64,000 bases of DNA from the NCBI GenBank assembly GCA_964563715.1, contig CAZLXA010000001.1, positions 33,613 to 97,612 of the forward strand, given 5' to 3'. Position numbers and translations under genes: made by a program. The notes below the pieces were generated by a model. That model saw only the letters and a program-made list of their open reading frames with translations, made no database searches and was not told the DNA's origin. Of this stretch, positions 56,211 through 64,000 are shown in pieces (positions within the stretch are counted from its first letter, which is position 1; the number at the start of each line of letters is the position of its first letter). The DNA comes from an uncultured Candidatus Saccharibacteria bacterium. Its GTDB lineage: Bacteria > Patescibacteriota > Minisyncoccia > Phycocordibacterales > UBA9973.

Positions 56211-57137
56211 TTATTGTAAAATATTTGAAAGCTTTTCTAAGTCGAGAGCGATTGCATCGGTATATTTTTTATAATTAAGAACTGAACTCATACCAAGAAT
56301 TGGGTCGTTGAGCATTTTAACTAGTCCTTCAATCGATTGTGCGGTCTTTTCGTAATTATTAGCCAAAGCTAAATGAGTAGAAACCAAAGAACCCGGTACT
56401 GGAATACCAATTAGCTCACTACCAAAGGAACGATAAGCGACTGCGATTGTTTTAGCGGCGTATAAAGCTTGAGGGTCTTGAGAGCTTAAGCCTTGGGCAA
56501 TGATGACTAATTCACTTCCAATATCGGCATTTTCATATTTAGTAATTAAATTAGACAAATCATTATAGTATTTATCTTTTGTGTCCAATGATTCATTTTG
56601 GACAATATTCATATCAATTTTAGTGTAAATATCTGGAATAGGGGTCGCTTCAACCCTCTGACCAACAGCCTGAGCTACAGAGTCAATAGATTCTTGGTTT
56701 ATTTCTCCTGTTTGTTGTAGGGAAATGATGGTGGCAAAGAATTCTCGAGATAAAAGTTCATTGTCAGATATTTGCTTTGAGTCGTCACCTATAGAAATAA
56801 GGCCACTTTGTTCAAGGGATTTTTTCTTATTTGTGATAAATTCTCTATTTTTATCACCATTTTTCTTTGGATCAAGCCCCCAAAGGTATTCTTCCCAGTC
56901 AGCAATACCGTTTTCATTACTGTCTTTTTGAATAAGACCACCAACAGTCATTGTAATTTGCTCCCCCTCCCCCTTATTTGCTTTTTTATTTTTGAAAAAT
57001 GAAACAATTTCTTTGATTCCGAAAAAAAGCGCTATAAAAATAACAATAATTAAAATGACAGCTATAAATTTTTTGCTCGGAAGATATTTTTTAAGATTAT
57101 TCATGTTATCACAGACTTTTTTCTGTTCCCTTTTCAC
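56211..57137 (-). CDS. N-terminally membrane-anchored protein, hypothetical; last (5'-most) gene of the co-directional block
   Basis: TM FIAVILIIVIFIALFFGI; 308 aa. Confidence 0.45.
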   Translation of the reverse strand: MKREQKKVCDNMNNLKKYLPSKKFIAVILIIVIFIALFFGIKEIVSFFKNKKANKGEGEQITMTVGGLIQKDSNENGIADWEEYLWGLDPKKNGDKNREFITNKKKSLEQSGLISIGDDSKQISDNELLSREFFATIISLQQTGEINQESIDSVAQAVGQRVEATPIPDIYTKIDMNIVQNESLDTKDKYYNDLSNLITKYENADIGSELVIIAQGLSSQDPQALYAAKTIAVAYRSFGSELIGIPVPGSLVSTHLALANNYEKTAQSIEGLVKMLNDPILGMSSVLNYKKYTDAIALDLEKLSNILQ

Positions 57138-57183
57138 TTCTCCCTATTTCCTATTAAATTATACAACTTATTATTTAAATAAC

Positions 57184-58116
57184 CTAAATATCTGTGGATA
57201 AGTTTCTAGATAATTCAAGCCAAGTTTCAATTTTTAAATCTTCAGCTCGAGTTTTTGGGTCTATTTTTAATTTTTCAAAAGTTTTTTCGATATTTTGAGC
57301 ATTGATATCTATCTCTTCAAGATTTTTTCGAAGAACTTTTCTTTTATGAGCAAAACCAGCTCTAACAATTTTAAAATAATTTTCCTCTTCTTTTTTTGTT
57401 TGGAAATTATTCTTTGAAATATGAATTATTTCTATAATTGCTGAATCTACTTTTGGCTCAGGTGAAAAAAATCTTTTCCCCACCTTCATAATATATTTTG
57501 GAGTACCGTAGGCTTTAACACTAAGTGATAAAATACTCTCTTTACCATCACGCGCCACAATTCTTTTGGCGACTTCTTTTTGAACCAAAATAATCATTCT
57601 TTCGGGTTGAATATCAGTTGAAAGAAATTTTTTAAAAATTGCGCCAGTAATATTATATGGAATATTGGCAATTATTTTATACTTACCTTTTCGAAGTCCA
57701 TAATTTTTTATTTCGAAACTTAGAATATCATCATTTATAATTTCAAGTGACCCCTTTTTAATTTCATTCGAAAATTTTTCTTTCAGAAAATCAAAAAGTT
57801 CACGATCTTTTTCAATAGCTAAAACTTTTTTAGCTTCCACTAATAATTTTGTAGTGAGTGCGCCTTTACCTGGTCCGATCTCAAGAATAATATCATTGTG
57901 ATTAATTTCTCCAGCTGTCGCCATCATCATCAAAGCTGGTTCAGATTTTAGAAAATTTTGCCCTAAAGACTTTTTTGGTTTAAAATATTTAGTCTCGGGC
58001 GAAGAGTTTTCTGGTGAAAACTCTTTTAGCCCTAAAGATTTCTTTGGTTTAAAAGAAGAATTTTTTTGAGTGAAATTATTTTCAATTTTAAATATTTTTT
58101 TTATTCGTTGCATCAT
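57184..58116 (-). CDS. rsmA: 16S rRNA (adenine1518/1519-N6)-dimethyltransferase RsmA/KsgA
   Basis: LGQNFL motif, SAM-binding EIGPGKGALT, NIPYNIT motif. A ~55-aa N-terminal extension contains an internal duplication (FKPKKSLG twice). Confidence 0.85.
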   Translation of the reverse strand: MMQRIKKIFKIENNFTQKNSSFKPKKSLGLKEFSPENSSPETKYFKPKKSLGQNFLKSEPALMMMATAGEINHNDIILEIGPGKGALTTKLLVEAKKVLAIEKDRELFDFLKEKFSNEIKKGSLEIINDDILSFEIKNYGLRKGKYKIIANIPYNITGAIFKKFLSTDIQPERMIILVQKEVAKRIVARDGKESILSLSVKAYGTPKYIMKVGKRFFSPEPKVDSAIIEIIHISKNNFQTKKEEENYFKIVRAGFAHKRKVLRKNLEEIDINAQNIEKTFEKLKIDPKTRAEDLKIETWLELSRNLSTDI

Positions 58117-58227
58117 ATAAACATCTTAACATATTTTTATGGAGTATTTTTATAAATTTAATCATTTTTTCAGTAGAAAATTAGTGTACCCTTTTAGAAG
58201 AGCTATTAGAGCGGACAACGAACTTAA

Positions 58228-61200
58228 TTATAGATAAACAATTTTTTCCCCGCCTGCTCCCTCTTGAGGGCGGGCAGGGCCATTTGAAGAATGAGCCTGT
58301 TCGAAAATTGTTAGATGTGCCGGGATATCGTAAATAAATTCGCTAGGAGTATTTACTTGTTTCATTCCGTATATTGTCCGCAAGGTTGCATAAGATAAAA
58401 ATAATTTTTTGCGAGCTCGAGTGACAGCCACATAAAATAATCTTCTTTCTTCCTCGGTGTCTTCTTTTTTCTTCATCCTATCTTTAATATGTGGAAATAA
58501 ATCTTGCTCAAGCCCAGTGATGAAAACATATTTAAATTCAAGGCCTTTTGAGGCATGAACAGTCATTAGCCTGACCCCCTTACTTTTATTTTCATGCAGA
58601 AGTGTGTCCTGGTCGCTCGAAAGTGATGCGTCTTCCAAAAGTTTTTCTATCCCCTCTTCTTGCGGCAAGTTATCATATTTAATAGCTAAAGTTACCAACT
58701 CCATCATATTTTCCAAACGTTCTTGCTCATCAGTTGTTCCGTGTTGAAGCTCATTTTTTATCCCACTTTTTTCTATGACATATTTAATGGACTCTGATGG
58801 CTTGTGGGTATCTATATATAATTTTATATCATCCAATATTTTATAGAAATTATTTATTTTACCTTGGGTGCCACTTGGTAGTTCGTGTTGTTGTCCTGCA
58901 AAAAGTTTTGCGATTGTAACTTTTCCAATTCCTCGAACAGGAATATTTATAATTCTTTTTATATCGGACAAACTTTCTTTATTATAAGCAGCCCGAACAT
59001 ATGAAAGTAAATCTTTAATTTCTTTTCTATCAAAAAATTTTACACCGAGAACTTGATACGGAATTTGTTTATCAAGAAGAGCCTCTTCGAGAACTCTCGA
59101 TTGAAAATTAGCTCTATAAAGAATCGCAATATCTTCGGGTTTATTTTCTCTTAACAATTCATCTATTTTTGAAGCCACGAAACCTGCTTCATTTTGTTCG
59201 TCGTAAGCTTCACATATATTTATTTCTTCACCGGCAACATTTTCGGTAAATAATATTTTCGGCACGCGATAAACATTTTTTTCAATGACACTATTTGCAG
59301 CTTCTATAATATTTTTAGTTGAACGGTAGTTTTGTTCAAGCATCACGATTTTAGCGCTCGGAAAATCTTTTTCAAAATGGAGCATATTTTTAATGCTCGC
59401 TCCTCGCCATGTATATATACAATTGTGAGTGACGATATTGTTGGCGATAAAATTGTGTGTCTTTTCTATATCAAGATCAAAAACTTTTTCCCCAGTAGTT
59501 TTGATTCGCGAAATTTTTAGAACAACATCATAACCCCTTTCTGCAAAAAGTGCCATACCCGGCATAATCGAGCTCGCTGGTATTTGTGAAAGTGAATTGT
59601 TTTCTTTTTTGTTTTCCTTATCCCCTCCCAGTCGGGCTTTAAAAATTAAATTAGCATCTTCAAAAAGAGAGGCAATTTGAGTTGCAAGCAAACATGTTTC
59701 TCCGTAATCAGCTCGAACAGTTTCGAATCTCCAATTTTCTGTATTTTTCTTAGCCTCGCGGACTGAAAGCCCTAGAGATTTAAGTTTATTTTTGCCAATA
59801 TCATCATTGCCAAAAATTGAAATAAGATGCATTGGATTTTTACCCCGTCTATCTGCGCACAAAGTAATGTTTATATTTCTTCGATTTGAATTGTGCGTTT
59901 GGGGGAAGTGGTGTGGATATTCTTGTGATAATCCAAGATCAGCAAGTATTTTTAGGGCTTGTTTTTCAGTGTCTAAGGAAGAGAAAATTTCTTTAAGAGC
60001 AATTTTGTCATGGACATATCCATTTAAACTTATACCTTTCCGAGGAGTAAAAGGAATAGTTGGTATTTGATATTTTAGAGAAAATATATATTCTTGTATT
60101 CTAGCTTTTTGTTCTGTTTCATGGGTCGCAATAACCCAGGTGGCATCAGCATGCTCTTGATTGGATCGTTGAATAAAACCAGCGATAGATTTTTTTTGTC
60201 CTTTTGTATAAACTGAAGTTGTTCCAATTCTCCAACCAATATTTTTTTTATACATTAGATAATTTAAATATAATTGTTGTGTAGCCCCTAGACGATACCC
60301 GGCAAAATGAGTATGGTCAGGAGTGCTGACCAAGGTATTTCCATTTTTTGTTTTAATTTTAATTAGGTCACCTTTATATAGGATCTCTCTTTTTTTAATC
60401 ACCCTAGCTTCACGAAAATCACCACTTCCATAATTTGATAAAATTAAATCACCCTTTTTGATATTTTCTATCGGCCTGATGCTATTATCGGCCATTTTTA
60501 TTTCTGTCCCCCTCCTTAGGCATTGATCTGTATCACCAACAACACAAATATTTTCCGCCTTCCCAACAAGTAACTTTGTCATCTCGTACTGAACTTCATT
60601 TGTATCTTGGTACTCATCTATGTGAAGATATCTCCACCTGTCTTGATATTTTTGTTTCACTTCAGGATATTTTTTCAAAATTAAAACAGTTTCAAGTAAG
60701 AGGTCATCAAAATCTAAAGCCTTTTCTTTTTTTAATTGGTTTTCGTACCCTCGCCAAATAGTTTCGACTATACTGCCAAAAGAATTGTTGACACTAGCGC
60801 TGAAAGTTTCAATTGTTATAAAATCACCTTTTGATTTTGAAATGATGGATTTAATTTTTCGAGGCTCGTGTTGCTTGGGGTCTATATCATGCTCTTTCAT
60901 AATACTTTTAATAATACTTATAGCTCCGGCTTCATCCATGATTGTAAAATATTTATTTAAGCCAATAAGATGAGAATTTTCTTTTATGATGTGGACACCA
61001 AGAGAATGGAAAGTTGAAATGAAAGGAATACTTTCATTGTAAACCGAATTATTATTCATTTTTATATTGCCATGAACTGGTTCGGATAGCATCCCTAAAA
61101 CTCGATCTCGCATTTCTTTGGCGGCCTTATTAGTAAAAGTAACCGCTAAAATAGACCGAGGATCGATACCCTCGTGAACTAAATGGATAATTCGATGAGT

Positions 61201-61314
61201 AATTGTTTTTGTTTTTCCCGCCCCCGCTCCTGCTACAATTAAAAGAGGCCCCTCTGTATATAAAACAGCTTCTTTTTGTTTATCGTTTAAAGAATCAAGA
61301 TATTGCATAAACAA
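58228..61314 (-). CDS. UvrD/PcrA-family ATP-dependent DNA helicase interrupted by an intein
   Basis: Motif I AGAGAGKTKTITHR, motif Ia, motif II HIDEYQDTN. Motif III is split as VVGDTDQ | intein | CIYTWRGA. Downstream motifs IV-VI: YRSTKNIIEAAN, GLEF, VAVTRARKKL. Confidence 0.85.
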   Translation of the reverse strand: MFMQYLDSLNDKQKEAVLYTEGPLLIVAGAGAGKTKTITHRIIHLVHEGIDPRSILAVTFTNKAAKEMRDRVLGMLSEPVHGNIKMNNNSVYNESIPFISTFHSLGVHIIKENSHLIGLNKYFTIMDEAGAISIIKSIMKEHDIDPKQHEPRKIKSIISKSKGDFITIETFSASVNNSFGSIVETIWRGYENQLKKEKALDFDDLLLETVLILKKYPEVKQKYQDRWRYLHIDEYQDTNEVQYEMTKLLVGKAENICVVGDTDQCLRRGTEIKMADNSIRPIENIKKGDLILSNYGSGDFREARVIKKREILYKGDLIKIKTKNGNTLVSTPDHTHFAGYRLGATQQLYLNYLMYKKNIGWRIGTTSVYTKGQKKSIAGFIQRSNQEHADATWVIATHETEQKARIQEYIFSLKYQIPTIPFTPRKGISLNGYVHDKIALKEIFSSLDTEKQALKILADLGLSQEYPHHFPQTHNSNRRNINITLCADRRGKNPMHLISIFGNDDIGKNKLKSLGLSVREAKKNTENWRFETVRADYGETCLLATQIASLFEDANLIFKARLGGDKENKKENNSLSQIPASSIMPGMALFAERGYDVVLKISRIKTTGEKVFDLDIEKTHNFIANNIVTHNCIYTWRGASIKNMLHFEKDFPSAKIVMLEQNYRSTKNIIEAANSVIEKNVYRVPKILFTENVAGEEINICEAYDEQNEAGFVASKIDELLRENKPEDIAILYRANFQSRVLEEALLDKQIPYQVLGVKFFDRKEIKDLLSYVRAAYNKESLSDIKRIINIPVRGIGKVTIAKLFAGQQHELPSGTQGKINNFYKILDDIKLYIDTHKPSESIKYVIEKSGIKNELQHGTTDEQERLENMMELVTLAIKYDNLPQEEGIEKLLEDASLSSDQDTLLHENKSKGVRLMTVHASKGLEFKYVFITGLEQDLFPHIKDRMKKKEDTEEERRLFYVAVTRARKKLFLSYATLRTIYGMKQVNTPSEFIYDIPAHLTIFEQAHSSNGPARPQEGAGGEKIVYL
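59422..60522 (-). other. Intein (367 aa) inserted in helicase motif III of the UvrD/PcrA gene
   Basis: Begins with Cys (CLRRGTEIKMADN, Hint block A), ends with HN (IVTHN), and is followed by a +1 Cys (CIYTWRGA). The central region has a degenerate LAGLIDADG-like SIAGFIQRS. Confidence 0.8.
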
Positions 61315-61374
61315 ATCTTAACATAAAAATATCCCTCACCATATTATAGATGAGGGATATTTCATGTCTTAATA

Positions 61375-61680
61375 TTATATTCCAGCTTTTTCAAAATCCT
61401 CGGTTAAATCGGCTCGCAAATCCTCGGATTCTTCTTTGACTATTTCTCCTAAATTTTCTATTTTTTCATTTAAAAATTTAAAAATGACATCGCCCCCTTG
61501 GCCGGAATCCACTAATTTTTCGTATTGAGTTAAATCTTCTTCTGAAAGCATAGGTAAGACCCTAACTAGTACTGATTGAAATACAAGTTTAGCTAGCCGA
61601 TCTACCATCTCGGCACTTTTTTCAGGGGATAATTTTTCTAATTCAAACAAATCTATTAAATCTTCTTTTATTGTTTTCAT
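61375..61680 (-). CDS. Small acidic protein, hypothetical
   Basis: 101 aa, Glu/Asp-rich helical. Confidence 0.4.
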   Translation of the reverse strand: MKTIKEDLIDLFELEKLSPEKSAEMVDRLAKLVFQSVLVRVLPMLSEEDLTQYEKLVDSGQGGDVIFKFLNEKIENLGEIVKEESEDLRADLTEDFEKAGI

Positions 61681-61698
61681 ATGATATATGATTATTAA

Positions 61699-63903
61699 TT
61701 ATAATGTTACTTTATCCAATCCAATTTTAGGATCAGATGCAGCTTTCTCTAAAGCTCTTTCAATATATTGTGAAATATTTTCAGCTGGTTTAATTAAGGT
61801 TGCTTCGTAAGGGTCACTAATACCGGTAATTTTTTGTAAATTGTGGACATATTCGACAAGGGGTTTATATATATCGCTAACTTCATCACCACTTATTTGG
61901 GTAATAGTCGACGCATCAATTGTTTTTATATTATACCATTGATTTATGGCTTCATCGTTTGGGAAAACTCGATCGATATTATATTCTGATATTCTTTCTA
62001 CTTGTTCGCGCATATCGGGGGTTAGTTTAATTTCAGAAATGTTGTCAGTATTTTTATCAATTATATTTTCTCCACTGCTTGAACTTTGATCAAGACCGGT
62101 TGTTGTATTACTACCTTCTGTTTCAATTATAAATCCTGTTTCGGGGTCTATTCCAACTTGAGGTAAATTCTCTGCTGTTGTTAAATCAACCCCTGGCTCA
62201 ACTCGTGTTTGTATTTCACTTGCTTCTGAAGAATCAATATTTGAAGAATTATCTGAATCAAACATTTTTCCTTCATATTTCCCGACAACATCAGTACTTC
62301 CTTTTTCCTCGATTAAAATGTGGTCTTCGCCGGTTTTTATATCATGAATAGAAAGATTTCCATTTTCATCAAAACCTAAAGTTGAACCTTTTATTAACAT
62401 AGCACTCTCTCTACCTATCGTATCTTCCGGATTATACAAGCCCAATTTAATAGCCATTTGAGTTGGATCAGCTTTGGCAAAATCTTCTAAATGGGCAGGT
62501 ATCTTATCTGGATAATCCGTATTTATTTTTGCCTGTAGTTCTTTAATTGTTTCAATTGCTCCTTTTGAACTGAATTCAGTTTTAATTTCTTCAAATTTAT
62601 TTTGATCTGAGTTTGATACTCCGGTTTTATCTTCTAAAACGGCTGCACCTGCTTCCGTGTTTTCATTTTGTGAGGCTGTAGTGTCAGATTCTTTGACTAC
62701 GCTTGTTGTATCTGGCATAGCGGTTTTGACCTCGGTTGAATCAGATATAATTTCTTCAGTTTGTTTTTCTGGGATTGAATCATTACTTGGGGTAATTTTT
62801 TCATTTTCATCAGCTTTTATTTCTTCTTCTGTTTTTTCAATAGCTGCTTGATTTTCTATTTTTAAATCATGTACATATCCTGAGGCCTCCAAAACAGCAA
62901 TACTTCCTCCTATCGCAGTGGCTCCACCTAATACTTTTCTCAAAAGGCGAGTATTTTCTGCTTGTTTTAATATTTGTTTTGTATCTTTTTCAATTCGGGC
63001 TAAATCCTCAGACAAAGTAGCTATATTTAAGGGCCTATTTTTAATTTCATCTAATTTTATTTTTATTTTTTCTTCAGAAAATCTTTTTTGAACTAATTGT
63101 GAGGAGATATAACCAAAAGCAGCGGAACCTCCTACGGCTGCACCAGCAATAACTCCACCCCCGAAGATAGCCACTCCAGCTGATATTGCCACCATACTTA
63201 GGCTGACAATTTTTTGGATCTTCTTTCTTTTTTCAGGATCCATATTATTTGTTAATTCCATAGCTGTACCGAATCCTAATCCAATGAGTAATTTGTTTGC
63301 TGTTCTTCCACTAGTCAAAGCTGAAGCTGTTCCCAATCCCATACCAGCCGCTTTTTCAACTGAAAAAGTTGAGATGCCGGCAATTAAAGCGATACTGGCA
63401 GTCATTTTTAACATTTTTTTCCCGTAACCAGACCATCCACCTTCGTTCCCCCAATTATCCCAATTCTCAATTCCTTTACTTATCCCAGATTTTATTCTTG
63501 GTGAAAGAGGACCGTTTTTTATTTCAAGTTTCCTTTTTTCTTCATTATGTTTAAATATTAAATTTTGTATTTCTTCCTTGCTTGTCCCTTTTTCTAACTC
63601 AGATTTTATGAAAAGCTCCCAAGCTTTTTCCTCTTCTTCAGTATAAACTTCAATTTTTTGTTTTTCTTTTCGGCGGAAAAGACCGAGAAGATTTTCTTTC
63701 AAGTTTTTTAATTTATTTTCTTTTTCTTTCGGATCTTCAATTTTTGGTGCTGGTGAAACAGTCTTTATTTTTAATTTTTCAAGGGCTAATTTATTTTCTT
63801 CTAATCTTTTTTCAATTTTATTCAATTCCTTTTGACTATTTTGAATTCCTGGATTATTTATTAATATTTCTTTCTTTTTTTCATCACCAGAAATAATATC
63901 CAT
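61699..63903 (-). CDS. Large coiled-coil protein with a central Gly-rich multi-TM region, hypothetical. The reading frame stays open upstream of the first Met to the window edge (64000).
   Basis: 734 aa from M63903. The frame continues without a stop through 63904-64000 (…YSESQAQEIAVL|MDIISGDEKKK), so the real start may lie outside the window. Confidence 0.5.
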   Translation of the reverse strand: MDIISGDEKKKEILINNPGIQNSQKELNKIEKRLEENKLALEKLKIKTVSPAPKIEDPKEKENKLKNLKENLLGLFRRKEKQKIEVYTEEEEKAWELFIKSELEKGTSKEEIQNLIFKHNEEKRKLEIKNGPLSPRIKSGISKGIENWDNWGNEGGWSGYGKKMLKMTASIALIAGISTFSVEKAAGMGLGTASALTSGRTANKLLIGLGFGTAMELTNNMDPEKRKKIQKIVSLSMVAISAGVAIFGGGVIAGAAVGGSAAFGYISSQLVQKRFSEEKIKIKLDEIKNRPLNIATLSEDLARIEKDTKQILKQAENTRLLRKVLGGATAIGGSIAVLEASGYVHDLKIENQAAIEKTEEEIKADENEKITPSNDSIPEKQTEEIISDSTEVKTAMPDTTSVVKESDTTASQNENTEAGAAVLEDKTGVSNSDQNKFEEIKTEFSSKGAIETIKELQAKINTDYPDKIPAHLEDFAKADPTQMAIKLGLYNPEDTIGRESAMLIKGSTLGFDENGNLSIHDIKTGEDHILIEEKGSTDVVGKYEGKMFDSDNSSNIDSSEASEIQTRVEPGVDLTTAENLPQVGIDPETGFIIETEGSNTTTGLDQSSSSGENIIDKNTDNISEIKLTPDMREQVERISEYNIDRVFPNDEAINQWYNIKTIDASTITQISGDEVSDIYKPLVEYVHNLQKITGISDPYEATLIKPAENISQYIERALEKAASDPKIGLDKVTL

Positions 63904-64000
63904 GAGTACGGCGATCTCTTGAGCCTGACTCTCAGAATATCCTTGATTGATTAGAGCAATTTTTATCTCATTAATATTTTTTTCATCTCTAAGTATTTTT

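Noticed and set aside
38950-57137. Integrative-conjugative element (ICE) interpretation of the T4SS-like block
   Set aside because: No integrase, relaxase, coupling protein, oriT-like inverted repeats or flanking att duplications were found.
1-64000. rRNA operons, cas genes, transposases, phage integrases
   Set aside because: Scanned for conserved rRNA segments and characteristic protein motifs (DDE, tyrosine recombinase R..H..R..Y); none were found in this window.

Overview
AT-rich window that looks like a small-genome, CPR/Patescibacteria-type bacterium. Standard stops give long ORFs (UGA is used as a stop), Shine-Dalgarno sequences are few, and several starts look leaderless.

Housekeeping content: the replication origin neighbourhood is present in the classic arrangement (dnaA-dnaN-DUF721 on the minus strand, rpmH-rnpA-yidD-yidC-jag on the plus strand), with DnaA-box-like motifs in both intergenic regions. 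There are four Holliday-junction genes (ruvX, ruvA, ruvB-ruvC), mutM, polA, tsaE, tyrS, PBP1A, malic enzyme, rsgA, rpsT, ksgA, and a UvrD/PcrA helicase interrupted by a 367-aa intein. Three tRNAs are present: Ser-TGA, Arg-GCG and Lys-TTT. Type IV pilus parts (PilM-like, PilB) and a 1247-aa tandem-repeat surface protein are scattered through the window.

The most conspicuous accessory region is an ~18 kb block of 12 co-directional minus-strand genes (38950-57137) between jag and ksgA. It encodes a T4SS-like apparatus: a VirB4-family ATPase split into two overlapping ORFs, a PrgI/VirB3-like protein, a polytopic VirB6-like protein, an IPT/pilin-like/M15 peptidase fusion, a peptidoglycan-binding protein, a four-helix-bundle protein and several giant secreted proteins. 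No relaxase, coupling protein or integrase was found.

Three non-coding repeat systems stand out:
- A palindromic element (CCCGTTAGAAGT ... ACTTCTAACGGG) whose right arm abuts the ATG of five unrelated genes.
- Every tRNA is followed within ~170-200 bp by a direct repeat of its own 3' terminus; the Arg and Lys cases share a conserved ~30-nt block.
- A dispersed AATTCGTAATT-type repeat concentrated at gene boundaries of the T4SS-like locus.

A GNAT+NUDIX two-gene cassette next to tRNA-Lys is flanked by ~100-bp direct repeats. No rRNA, CRISPR array, integrase or transposase was recognised.
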